Shown here: piece after piece, positions 1 to 9,159 of the stretch | How the letters are laid out: each line of letters opens with the position of its first letter | Position numbering within the stretch: the stretch's first letter is position 1 | NCBI GenBank assembly: GCA_013166775.1 | Contig: JABLTJ010000001.1 | Coordinates: 32,001 to 96,000, forward strand | Source of the DNA: Promethearchaeati archaeon | Lineage (GTDB): Archaea > Asgardarchaeota > Heimdallarchaeia > Heimdallarchaeales > Heimdallarchaeaceae | Direction of reading: 5' to 3' | DNA: 64,000 nucleotides | Translations under genes and position numbers: made by a program | Notes under the pieces: model-generated | Database searches by the model: none | What the model was told of the DNA's origin: nothing | Seen by the model: only the letters and a program-made list of their open reading frames with translations

Positions 1-419
1 TAAGCACTAGAATTATATCTATTGATAGTATTAGTTCTGCTTTAACCCACTCTGGAAATGAATCCTTTGTTAGAGGGCAAGAGTTATTCACAAAAGCAAG
101 CATGCAAGAAGTTCAATACATTCTATCAGAATTATATGATTTAATTCAGGAGTTTCCAAGAACAATTCGAACTCAAACAATGAAAAAAGTGCTTCTGACA
201 ATAAGCTATGTTACTGATTATCCTCATGAATTCATTATTGATAAAGGCTTATCCCTTGGTTACTTCAAACAAAAAAACGAATCTATAATTATCAATGTAG
301 CACCTGATCAATGTATAGAGGGTCTAATTGAAAAGTTATCTGATGATAAAACAAAGAAAGAACTCAATCAATATATTAAAGAGCAAAATTCATCACGTAG
401 AATATATATTCGAGATTGA
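1..419 (+). CDS. 5'-truncated protein, possibly C-terminal part of a KaiC/RAD55-like ATPase-domain protein
   Basis: Frame is open from the window start (STRIISIDSISSALTHSG...); IISIDSIS resembles the RecA/KaiC Walker B. Confidence 0.4.
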   Translation, partial: STRIISIDSISSALTHSGNESFVRGQELFTKASMQEVQYILSELYDLIQEFPRTIRTQTMKKVLLTISYVTDYPHEFIIDKGLSLGYFKQKNESIIINVAPDQCIEGLIEKLSDDKTKKELNQYIKEQNSSRRIYIRD

Positions 420-485
420 TATAATAAATCTCATAACTAAAAAAATATATAAATTCGATAGAAAAAAGTCTCGCGAGGCAAGAAG

Positions 486-770
486 ATGCAGATAAAAGTT
501 CTGAAAAAGGATAAAGGATATGTAAAACTGAATATAAAACAAACTGACCCTCATACATTATTTAATCTTTTAAGAGAAGAGTTGTTAAAAGACGATGCTG
601 TAGATTTTGCAGGATATTGGAGAGATGAATCTTTTTACGAATCAGTTGTTTTTCAAGTCAAGATGAAGAAAAAAACTGCAGATCCTATACCCGCAATTCA
701 TAGTGCTTTAGACAGGTTAAGAAAACAAACAGATGAATTTGTTAAAATCTGTAAAGAAAAAATCGAATAA
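486..770 (+). CDS. rpoL: DNA-directed RNA polymerase subunit L (Rpo11)
   Basis: HTLFNLLREELL..VDFAGY motif, 94 aa. Confidence 0.9.
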   Translation: MQIKVLKKDKGYVKLNIKQTDPHTLFNLLREELLKDDAVDFAGYWRDESFYESVVFQVKMKKKTADPIPAIHSALDRLRKQTDEFVKICKEKIE

Positions 771-786
771 AAGAGGATGGAGTCTT

Positions 787-1215
787 TTGGACGCATCTTT
801 CATTAATACTTTAAAATTTGAGGAAATATTTTCTAGCAATGATTTTGCTAAATTTGGTGATTCAGTTGTTAATTTTATCTACAATGCTGCAATTTTTGAA
901 GCACAGACAAAGTTACAAGGAATAAAAGTCTGGGATTCTTGCCTTGCTGAAGCATGCAAGAAATCTCCTTTGAGGAGTTATATTGGAAGCAGAAAGAATA
1001 AAGGTGAGCTAGGGGATGCTGTCGAAGCTTTCATTGGCTATATCTATTTAACGCACAAATTTCCACTAAACCAAATGATTGATATTTTAGCCAAATACCT
1101 AAAACATAGAAGCGGTCATGACGAAAAAAACGAACAAGAATTGTGTTCTGCAGCTTTCATTCATCTAGTTAATCATCTATGTGATAAACTAGGTATAGTA
1201 GATAAATTAATGTAA
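787..1215 (+). CDS. archaeal RNase III-domain family protein
   Basis: AKFGDSVVNF and GDAVEAFIG motifs; lies next to rpoL; likely TTG start after GAGGA. Confidence 0.75.
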   Translation: MDASFINTLKFEEIFSSNDFAKFGDSVVNFIYNAAIFEAQTKLQGIKVWDSCLAEACKKSPLRSYIGSRKNKGELGDAVEAFIGYIYLTHKFPLNQMIDILAKYLKHRSGHDEKNEQELCSAAFIHLVNHLCDKLGIVDKLM

Positions 1216-1231
1216 ATACGTATTCTGATTT

Positions 1232-1813
1232 TCATATTATGTAATTTTTGAAACTCTGTCCGATCATATCTGCTAATCTTAATCCTTCAGGAATTGAACT
1301 GGAATAAGTAGTGAATTGAAGAAGTTCTTTAACTTCTTTCTCATCTTTAAACCCAATATATTGAACAAACATTTTGCAGATTCTACTCATTTGATTCTTA
1401 AATTCCATTTTTTGCAAAGGGGGATTGAATTTTAAAATCTTATAACGTTCTTCCCAATCTACTAAATGAGATAAAGCACTTTTAACCTCTTTTTCATTCG
1501 GAAGTTGGGATAATACAGTTATCACAGGAATTGAAGTGTTTTCATGAAGTTTTTTCAAATCAATTATATTAAAAGCAGCAATAGTTGAGCTCCCAAGGAT
1601 TATAGCTTTTAGTTGATCTATGAATTTGCTTTCGTTTATCATCTTACTTATCTTCTCTGTTGCATCTAATCCATCAATCTTGATATTTGTGCGCAGTATT
1701 CCCTCCACCAAACTATGCCCTCTCATTATCACTCCAAAAACAAAAGTCTTCTTAGAGTTTTCTCTCTGAAAAGCTGCATCGTCAATACCAATTGTACGTA
1801 TATCTTTTTTCAC
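1232..1813 (-). CDS. DUF99/UPF0215 endonuclease V-like protein
   Basis: IGIDDA, DGLDAT, FNIIDL and IPEGLRLA motifs. Confidence 0.85.
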   Translation of the reverse strand: MKKDIRTIGIDDAAFQRENSKKTFVFGVIMRGHSLVEGILRTNIKIDGLDATEKISKMINESKFIDQLKAIILGSSTIAAFNIIDLKKLHENTSIPVITVLSQLPNEKEVKSALSHLVDWEERYKILKFNPPLQKMEFKNQMSRICKMFVQYIGFKDEKEVKELLQFTTYSSSIPEGLRLADMIGQSFKNYII

Positions 1814-1872
1814 AATTAAGTTAAGGTTAATTAAGTTTTTAAATATGGGGAATACAAAGAGTAATGATTTGA

Positions 1873-2661
1873 ATGAGTAGAAGAAACCTTCCAGAAAAAG
1901 GGGCTTTGGTAATGGGTACTGTGAAAAGTATCTTCGATCATGGTGTCTATGTTGATCTAGATGAATATGATGATCTCCAAGCTTACTGTCATGTTTCAGA
2001 AGTAAGTTCCACTTGGGTAAGAAACATCAGAAATGTTATGAGGTTGGGGAAGAAGGTTGTAGGACGTGTAATGAGGGTAAAGGAAAATCAAATTGATATT
2101 AGTATTAAACGAGTTTCTGATGAACTTAAACGAACCAAAGTTGAAGAATGGAAACATTACAAAACCGCTATTACTCTTCTAGAGATGGCAGCGAAACAAA
2201 GAAAAATAAACTTAGAAACAGCACGTACAGAAGTAGAAGATGCAAGTGATGAATTTTATGGCAGTTTGTTTCATGCGTTTGAGGAATCGCTTTTCAAAGG
2301 AGAAAGCGTTTTTACAGATGCTGGGATATCTGAAGAATGGGCAAAAGTTCTTGCAGATATTGCTCGAAAGAATCTTACCATTCCTAAGGTTGCTATTACT
2401 AGAGATGTGGAAATCATTTGTTGGGAAGGGGATGGTATCAATACAATAAAGAAAGCGTTGAAAGATGCTCTTAAAGCAAGAGAAGAAATAGATGCTGGAG
2501 AAAAAGAACTAGATCTTGAGTTGTATGTAAGAGGGGCTCCTGTTTATAGATTTATGATATCTGCAAGAGATTATCAACTAGCCGAACAATTAATGTCTCT
2601 AGCTTATGAGAATATAGAAAAATCCCTTGCTAATCATAATGCATCTGCTAAAATACTATAG
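1873..2661 (+). CDS. eif2a: translation initiation factor 2 alpha subunit
   Basis: S1 domain with LDEY, HVSEVSSTWVRNIR, IDISIKRV; C-terminal GAPVYR. Confidence 0.95.
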   Translation: MSRRNLPEKGALVMGTVKSIFDHGVYVDLDEYDDLQAYCHVSEVSSTWVRNIRNVMRLGKKVVGRVMRVKENQIDISIKRVSDELKRTKVEEWKHYKTAITLLEMAAKQRKINLETARTEVEDASDEFYGSLFHAFEESLFKGESVFTDAGISEEWAKVLADIARKNLTIPKVAITRDVEIICWEGDGINTIKKALKDALKAREEIDAGEKELDLELYVRGAPVYRFMISARDYQLAEQLMSLAYENIEKSLANHNASAKIL

Positions 2662-2681
2662 AGAATATTACGTGAAAGAAA

Positions 2682-2852
2682 ATGACAAAATCAATTTTAA
2701 GATGCGCTGAATGTAAAAAATATACTTTGGAAAGCACAGAATGCTCCGTTTGTGGGGGAAGAGTAATCTCTCCTCAACCAGCTAGATTTTCTTTAGAGAA
2801 AGAGAGAAAATACTCAAAATATAGAAGAAAGTTGATTAAGGAACAACAGTAA
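2682..2852 (+). CDS. nop10: H/ACA RNP protein Nop10 (56 aa, not in ORF track)
   Basis: Manual translation MTKSILRCAECKKYTLESTECSVCGGRVISPQPARFSLEKERKYSKYRRKL; follows aIF2-alpha as is typical. Confidence 0.92.
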   Translation: MTKSILRCAECKKYTLESTECSVCGGRVISPQPARFSLEKERKYSKYRRKLIKEQQ

Positions 2853-2873
2853 TCTATTCGATGTTCGTAGGCC

Positions 2874-3473
2874 TCAAGCACTACGCAAAATGGCTATTTT
2901 GATGATATGATGTTTTTTCTTATGGAAGGAATACATTCTTGGTATTTCGAATTCAGCAGTTATTACCTCCGTAACCTCTTTATTGTGTTTTCGAATAAAA
3001 TCAATTAAGAACTCGATATTTTTCTGTTGGTATAAATGGATAGAATAACAAGTTTTTGAGTTTTTAAGAGCTGATAGTAGAAATATCTGATCCTTATGAG
3101 CTCCTTGAATACCAAATGGACTATTCATTAAAATTGTATCAACTTTTATTTTAGTTTCTCTTACATCTTTACAAAGAAAGATGATGTCTACTCCAGAAAT
3201 TTGTGCGTTTTTTTCAGCTATTTTCAAAGCTTCGTTATCGATTTCAATTCCGTAAACCTTAGATCCTCCTAATTTTGCAGCGGATATTGCAAATAATCCA
3301 GTACCACAACAAAAATCTGCAACCATTTTATTTTCAATATCTCCTAATTGAAAAGCTCTCCATGCAATCATAGCTACTAACCGCGGTGGAGTTTGGTATT
3401 GTTCCAATTGTACTTTAGGATTTTCAAAATTATGAAGTTTTGAAAGCATAATTTCCAATTCTTTTTGTTTCAT
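2874..3473 (-). CDS. METTL5-family RNA N6-adenine methyltransferase
   Basis: LEQYQTP, DFCCGTG and MNSPFG motifs. Confidence 0.88.
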   Translation of the reverse strand: MKQKELEIMLSKLHNFENPKVQLEQYQTPPRLVAMIAWRAFQLGDIENKMVADFCCGTGLFAISAAKLGGSKVYGIEIDNEALKIAEKNAQISGVDIIFLCKDVRETKIKVDTILMNSPFGIQGAHKDQIFLLSALKNSKTCYSIHLYQQKNIEFLIDFIRKHNKEVTEVITAEFEIPRMYSFHKKKHHIIKIAILRSA

Positions 3474-3482
3474 GTTGATACA

Positions 3483-4229
3483 CTATTCTTGAGTAGATAA
3501 TTGATTGAAAATTGTTCTAAAAATTCCAATCAAAGCATGAATCTCTTCCTTGTTTGTAAAACTTCTGTTGACAATATTTCTAAATGTGTGCTGTAAAATG
3601 GGTTTCCTATACTCTTCATAAGGTAAAACATCGGTTATTTGAGTGAATTTCTCAAAAAGAACCTCTCTCTCTTTGTAGGTAGATGTTTGCTTTTCAGCAA
3701 TTTGTAATTCCAATTCTAAAGGTGCTTTCCAAATTTCATAGACCATAATACCTACAGCATGAGAGATATTAAGCACCTTGTGCTTTCCTGGAACTGGAAT
3801 TGATACTAGAAAATCACACATCCGTAATTCTTCATTGGTTAATCCTTTATCTTCTCTCCCAAAAACTATCCCGAAATTGCCTTCATTCAAAATAATATTC
3901 TTACTTAGATGCCAAGGGAAAATTGGTTGTCTCAGAACATTATAGGAGCTTCCTGCTTTAGCTGATGTACCAATCAAGAAATCATACTCTCCTCTAATTT
4001 CATCAATTGAAGACAGGACTTTTGCACTTGTTAAGTAATTTCCTGAATGTTTTGCTCTAGCTTTTGCCTCATCTGAGAGGTGATCTACTTGAGGTGACAC
4101 TAGTACTAGCTTGTTAACATTGAAATTGTTACATATTCTTGCAATAGCACCTATGTTACCTGCAATTTTAGGCTCTAATATAATCACATCATAATTGATT
4201 TCTATTTTCTTTTCAAGCATCTGTATCAC
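3483..4229 (-). CDS. trmJ: TrmJ/TrmH-family SPOUT tRNA 2'-O-methyltransferase
   Basis: GNIGAIAR, FGREDKGLTNEEL and LNISHAV motifs. Confidence 0.85.
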   Translation of the reverse strand: MIQMLEKKIEINYDVIILEPKIAGNIGAIARICNNFNVNKLVLVSPQVDHLSDEAKARAKHSGNYLTSAKVLSSIDEIRGEYDFLIGTSAKAGSSYNVLRQPIFPWHLSKNIILNEGNFGIVFGREDKGLTNEELRMCDFLVSIPVPGKHKVLNISHAVGIMVYEIWKAPLELELQIAEKQTSTYKEREVLFEKFTQITDVLPYEEYRKPILQHTFRNIVNRSFTNKEEIHALIGIFRTIFNQLSTQE

Positions 4230-4842
4230 TAAGTTCTGATTTAACTAAATATAATTTTTCGAAGAACATGTTAATTTCGTCTATGATTTGTACAGAAAAT
4301 CCCGTATCTTCAATGTCGTGCAAATCTTCTTTACTCCAAGCAAGAGAAGAGAATAAAGTGTAGAAACTCGTCCTAATCTTGTTTTGTTTAAGATATTTGA
4401 ATAATTCATAGACCTCTTCATATCCTTTTTTTCCTCCAATCAGCATTTTCTTATCCTCAAATGAAAATGAATCTGTATCTTCGTCTGATGGAAGATAAGG
4501 GGGGTTCCAGATAATAATATCTGGACAAAACTGTCTTAGTGCTTGCATTTTATCCATGCAGACAGCATCTATCTGTTTTTCTAAATGGTTAAGTCTGGAA
4601 TTCTTATAAATTGTTTTTACTGAACTCAAAGATATATCAGTAATTAGACATCTGAGTTTTGGATTTCTATGAGCTAAAACAATAGAAATGATGCCACTTC
4701 CACCACCAATTTCTAGCAAAAATCTATAATCTTCTATGATCTCAATTGAATTGAGAATAAGAAAAGTATCCTCTTCTGGAAAATATACGTCTTCAGGAAT
4801 TTCCAATTTTATTTCATATTTAGGGAAAATATATCTGACCAC
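4213..4842 (-). CDS. HemK2/PrmC-type release-factor glutamine methyltransferase
   Basis: VYFPEEDTFL, EIGGGSG and NPPY motifs; follows ksgA. Confidence 0.85.
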   Translation of the reverse strand: MVRYIFPKYEIKLEIPEDVYFPEEDTFLILNSIEIIEDYRFLLEIGGGSGIISIVLAHRNPKLRCLITDISLSSVKTIYKNSRLNHLEKQIDAVCMDKMQALRQFCPDIIIWNPPYLPSDEDTDSFSFEDKKMLIGGKKGYEEVYELFKYLKQNKIRTSFYTLFSSLAWSKEDLHDIEDTGFSVQIIDEINMFFEKLYLVKSELSDTDA

Positions 4843-5699
4843 AAATCTTCGCCTATTTTAGTTCTGATAAATTTGTACAAATCAATAAGTTCTACTAAAG
4901 AGAGTGTAAAAATCCTTCGTTCTAAGTACGGTAAATTGTTTACTATTTTATTTCTAAGCTCTCCATATCCCTTTCTTTTTAATAAATTGGTAATAATGCT
5001 TCGTAAGATTTTCTTCTTATGAGAAAAAATAAGCGTTATAAAATTATCAAAATCAGAGTTCATATTGACTGTAATCTTTTCTTTTCTTTTCATTGATACA
5101 ATAGCTGAGTCAATTTTCGGAGCTGGATAAAAGGAAGACGGTTTTACGGTTTTTAGATATTGACATTCTGATTTTAGATTTATCATTACAGTAAGTCTGG
5201 AATAATCTTTTGTCCCAACCTTTGCAAAAAACCTTTGAGCGAATTCTCTTTGAAACATTAAAATCGCAAAATCAAATTTCTTTTCCAATAACTTGAATGT
5301 TATTGGAGATGATATTTGATAAGGTAAATTAGAAACACACTTTGTAAAAGTGGGAAATTCAACTTTTACTGCATCTCCCTGGATAACCTCTACGTTTGAT
5401 GAGGTACTGAATTTATCTGATAAAAAACCAGCAAACTTGATGTCGGATTCTATGACATAAACGAATTTTGCTCTGTTTACTAAACATCTAGTGAGGTTTC
5501 CAACACCACCTCCTATCTCAAGAATGGTGTCAGAAGGTTTGATATTTGCATGATCCACTTGGAAATTTATGATGCTAGCACTTATGAGAAAATTCTGACC
5601 TTTGTGGTAATAAGGTTTAGATTCCATCTCTTTTAAGCTATCAAAAACATACTTCCTCAATTCAGACGAGGTTTTCCAACATTCCATTACTCTTACCAT
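4809..5699 (-). CDS. rsmA: 16S rRNA m6,2A dimethyltransferase KsgA/Dim1
   Basis: GQNFL, LEIGGGVG, SNLPYQISS and MFQREFA motifs. Confidence 0.95.
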   Translation of the reverse strand: MVRVMECWKTSSELRKYVFDSLKEMESKPYYHKGQNFLISASIINFQVDHANIKPSDTILEIGGGVGNLTRCLVNRAKFVYVIESDIKFAGFLSDKFSTSSNVEVIQGDAVKVEFPTFTKCVSNLPYQISSPITFKLLEKKFDFAILMFQREFAQRFFAKVGTKDYSRLTVMINLKSECQYLKTVKPSSFYPAPKIDSAIVSMKRKEKITVNMNSDFDNFITLIFSHKKKILRSIITNLLKRKGYGELRNKIVNNLPYLERRIFTLSLVELIDLYKFIRTKIGEDLWSDIFSLNMK

Positions 5700-5710
5700 A
5701 CAATCTAATA

Positions 5711-6376
5711 TTATTTTCTTGGACCCGTTTCTGGATTTGCTGTGAATAATCTGTGTTTTTCGTCTTCTTCTAATTCTTGTATGACTCTATTTAGAACCAT
5801 TTTACGAATGTCCGATATTTTTACCCTTTCTTCAACATCAATGAAAGAAACAAAAGGCATTCCTTTTCTGGTTTGTAATATTTCCCACATTAGTTTTTTT
5901 CCAATTCCAGGGATTAGTTGTAAGGAATGAATGCGATTGGTTATGGGTTGTGCTTTGTTAAAGAATGAAACAAATCTCTTCTCATTCTTATTGATTATTT
6001 TCAATACTGCTTCTTCTAAGGATTGATATCCGGTATTAGTGATATCATTAATCGTGAGTCTTCGTTTCACTTGTTTAATTGGAGATTTTTCACTAACTTT
6101 CGGTAGAGCAATTTCCTCAAACTGATTAAAAGATCCTCTTCTATCTGTTATCAATTCAAGCAGTGTAAACCATGTAGTTCCAATTCCTTGAATAATAGGT
6201 TCTCTTTGTTTATCTTGACCAAATCCCTTCCCTTCTGGCAAATAATCTAGTACTAATACTCGAGATTCTACTTTCTTAGATTGCTTTATGTGAGTAATTG
6301 GACCAATGATGAAATCATCGCTTTCACTACTCTTGTCCAGAATCTTATTTTTCTTAGGATGTCGGTTGTCTACCAT
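5711..6376 (-). CDS. DUF655 putative nucleic-acid-binding protein
   Basis: VLDYLP, FTLLEL, FFNKAQPIT.RIHSL.LIPGIGKK; conserved position between rpoF and ksgA. Confidence 0.9.
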   Translation of the reverse strand: MVDNRHPKKNKILDKSSESDDFIIGPITHIKQSKKVESRVLVLDYLPEGKGFGQDKQREPIIQGIGTTWFTLLELITDRRGSFNQFEEIALPKVSEKSPIKQVKRRLTINDITNTGYQSLEEAVLKIINKNEKRFVSFFNKAQPITNRIHSLQLIPGIGKKLMWEILQTRKGMPFVSFIDVEERVKISDIRKMVLNRVIQELEEDEKHRLFTANPETGPRK

Positions 6377-6454
6377 CTTCCTCTCACCATAAATAAGCAA
6401 AGACCCAAAAAAAGTTTTTGTTCTCCTTTAAATCAAAAAATAGAATTTTTTATT

Positions 6455-6808
6455 CTATTTCTCCTTTTTATATTTCTCAATAAAGGGTTTGATAATGTCA
6501 AACATCTTTTTTATATCTGTTTCAGTCAGCATCGTTTGTTCTTTTTGTAGCAAGTCTTTTAGTTCCTCAGGAGATGGAGGGAGAATATTTGCAATAGTAA
6601 ATGCTGATAGTTCTGTTAGATCAAATTGCTTCTGTAATTTTGTTAGAATTTCTAGTGACTCTTCAGGCTCTATACGTGCATTTTGCATAGCATGCTCAAA
6701 AGCAACACGTTGCCAGTAAGAAAGCTCTGATTCTTCACTTCTCTGTTGTAAAATACGCATTGCTTCTGAAATTGTTGTTGGTTTTTTAGCAAGAACTTCT
6801 CTAGGCAT
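6455..6808 (-). CDS. rpoF: RNA polymerase subunit F (Rpo4)
   Basis: ELSYWQR..EHA and IANILP motifs; next to eL21. Confidence 0.9.
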   Translation of the reverse strand: MPREVLAKKPTTISEAMRILQQRSEESELSYWQRVAFEHAMQNARIEPEESLEILTKLQKQFDLTELSAFTIANILPPSPEELKDLLQKEQTMLTETDIKKMFDIIKPFIEKYKKEK

Positions 6809-6820
6809 AAAATCACTATC

Positions 6821-7132
6821 CTAATTACTCTGTTGAATTACTGAACGACTTAAGCGTAAGTGTTCTCTATTAGCAATAATCTTCTTTATTGCTCTTCCTT
6901 GTTTTATTGATACTATGTAAGCTTTGCCCTGTTTTTTTGTAATCTCTCCGGTTTTTCCGTGATATCTTCTGTGGGGCATTCCCTTATGTTCTCCAGAATC
7001 AATAATAATATCTACAATATCTCCTTCATTAAAGTCTCTTAACAAATAGTCTGGAGGACGAAGACCCTTCTTTCTTGTATGTTTCTTGAAGAGACGTCTA
7101 GTACCATGACGATAACCTCTGGATTTTCGCAT
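6821..7132 (-). CDS. rpl21e: 50S ribosomal protein eL21
   Basis: SRGYRHGTR and KGMPHRRYHGKTG; start reassigned to ATG 7132. Confidence 0.95.
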   Translation of the reverse strand: MRKSRGYRHGTRRLFKKHTRKKGLRPPDYLLRDFNEGDIVDIIIDSGEHKGMPHRRYHGKTGEITKKQGKAYIVSIKQGRAIKKIIANREHLRLSRSVIQQSN

Positions 7133-7239
7133 CGATAATTCACCTATTATTGTATAGTATCTTGTAAGTGTGCAAAATCCCTCACTGTAACTTTTAATCT
7201 TTTCGTTCTTCGTTTTAGAAAAAGTAGAGTATTTGTTTT

Positions 7240-8562
7240 TCAAACAAAGGGTTTATCTCTAATCTCTAAAACATCTAATTCTTTACAATTTGCTTGAATC
7301 CCGATTACTTCGCTTACACTTGGAATTGTTCGATTATCATCCCCTGAAATTAGTTCTTTTACATAACATCCACCCTCACACTCAATAGTCAGCTCTATTT
7401 CCTGATTGTTTATTTTCCTACTTTGAATAGAATAGACCTCTTTTTTTCTAATTTTATCGGCTCTTCTATGAGAAACTCGAGTTGGTGTCCTTTGTTTAAT
7501 AGTTATATCCTTAAAATATGAATCAAGCTTCTTCAAAGTTTCTTCTGAAATAGAAGAACTTAGAGTGACAAATGCTCTGTATTTCTTAACGGATTCTTCA
7601 GCATTTCCCTTAAGATAAACAAGCTCTTTTTTTGATGACCAACGATAATCTCTCACTTCTATTTTTCCTTTTCCATATTCATTTGTTGCCTTTTCCAATT
7701 TGAGGAGGTCTATTGATCTAATTTTAGGAGAAACAATTTCTAGAACGAACGGTCTTCCTGTTCCAAGCATTCTGGCATCAATATCTTCTCGACCAGATCC
7801 ATGTAAGACTCCTTTATCACCTTGTGCTATCTTTATAGCTTCAGCTTCAACAAGTTCCTCTACCGATTCTGAGTATTGCTTTCCTGTATTACTGCATTCT
7901 TTACACCCTTTTCCTTTACATTTTCTGCATGGCCAGCGTGTTTGAGGAATTGTTCTAAGATGTTTTAAGTACCGTCCATAAATATACAAAGATCGAACTT
8001 TAAGTTTCAGAGAATCAGAAAAAGGTTGTATCTCTGCAATAATTTCAGGCTCGTTGAAATTTGTTTCCACAGACATTTTTCTTGAGAGTTTTTTTCCAAC
8101 TTCTCTATTAAATTCCTGTTTCAAGTATTCTGATTGATGCAAATCGTATTTTGCCTTCAAATTGTGTTCTTTTTCAAACAATTCTTGGGGCATTAAAGTC
8201 CCTATTAGGAATGTACTAAATTCAATTGAGTTAAGTTTCAAAGAAAGATTTTCAGCAAGCTCATCTATTCTTTGTAGAGAATTTTTACATATGAAGCACA
8301 TCTCTTTCTCTTTTGGAATTATTTTGATTTTTGACAGAACCATTTTAGCATGTTCTGAATCCGATTTACACAGTGCTTGAAGAAAATTTATGCTATCATC
8401 AGTAATCCTTTTGGAAAAATTCATTACTAAAAACATTTTAATTGATTCTCCTCGAATGAAATTCGTTGTACCAGTAGCAAGATTTGAAAATTGCCTCCCA
8501 AGACAGTAATTACATAGTGAGTGGTTGTTAAGTAATTGAATTGTTTTCTCTTGTAAATCCAT
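7240..8562 (-). CDS. pus10: tRNA pseudouridine(54/55) synthase Pus10
   Basis: CNYCLGRQF, GREDIDARMLGTGRPF, QRTPTRV and GCYVKELISGD motifs. Confidence 0.95.
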   Translation of the reverse strand: MDLQEKTIQLLNNHSLCNYCLGRQFSNLATGTTNFIRGESIKMFLVMNFSKRITDDSINFLQALCKSDSEHAKMVLSKIKIIPKEKEMCFICKNSLQRIDELAENLSLKLNSIEFSTFLIGTLMPQELFEKEHNLKAKYDLHQSEYLKQEFNREVGKKLSRKMSVETNFNEPEIIAEIQPFSDSLKLKVRSLYIYGRYLKHLRTIPQTRWPCRKCKGKGCKECSNTGKQYSESVEELVEAEAIKIAQGDKGVLHGSGREDIDARMLGTGRPFVLEIVSPKIRSIDLLKLEKATNEYGKGKIEVRDYRWSSKKELVYLKGNAEESVKKYRAFVTLSSSISEETLKKLDSYFKDITIKQRTPTRVSHRRADKIRKKEVYSIQSRKINNQEIELTIECEGGCYVKELISGDDNRTIPSVSEVIGIQANCKELDVLEIRDKPFV

Positions 8563-9132
8563 TTACATCATGCTCTCAATATAGTGATTGGTAAGAATAA
8601 TCTGTTCATCAATTTCCAATGGCCCCCATGATATTCTATGCTCTATGTTCTCGGAATCTATTTTATCGAAACCAAACAAGAACAAGATAGGAAATGACAT
8701 TGAAAATTTGAATAATTGCTTTTCCTGTATGTTTGAATAATTTATCTGTATCCATTCATCTTTGGAGTGTTTTTCAAAAATCCAACTTGATTCTTCATTA
8801 TGAATAGTAATACCAGGTGTAAGTTTTTTTTGCTTTGAACTAGGGTTAATTATATGTTTCATCACTCTGATTAGTAGGTGAGCTGCTGAAAAAAAACTAG
8901 GTCCTAAAAAACGTAAAGACGAGCCATCAAATGTTATAATTAAAGATTTGTTGTTGAAACTGGTGCAATAATAAAGGAATAAATTCTTACGAAACTGGTT
9001 AGATAAAAAAAATGCGTCAGATATTGCCTTTATATATGGACTAATTTGAATCATGTTCTCGTTTTTGGAATATAGGTCTGATTTAGTGAAAGAAATGGGA
9101 GGAGAATTCAAAGCAAAGTAATATTGAGACAT
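8563..9132 (-). CDS. divergent TrmY-like SPOUT protein
   Basis: AFFLS..FR, FDGSSLRFL.P, TPGI and ISWGP resemble TrmY; adjacent to pus10. Confidence 0.6.
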   Translation of the reverse strand: MSQYYFALNSPPISFTKSDLYSKNENMIQISPYIKAISDAFFLSNQFRKNLFLYYCTSFNNKSLIITFDGSSLRFLGPSFFSAAHLLIRVMKHIINPSSKQKKLTPGITIHNEESSWIFEKHSKDEWIQINYSNIQEKQLFKFSMSFPILFLFGFDKIDSENIEHRISWGPLEIDEQIILTNHYIESMM

Positions 9133-9159
9133 GAAGACTTCACGTATTAAAGTTTTTAA

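Noticed and set aside
7133-7243. N-terminal extensions in the ORF track for eL21 (also uL22, uS17, uL24, uS13, Hef, E2)
   Set aside because: Artefacts of longest-ORF calling; SD position and homology favour downstream starts
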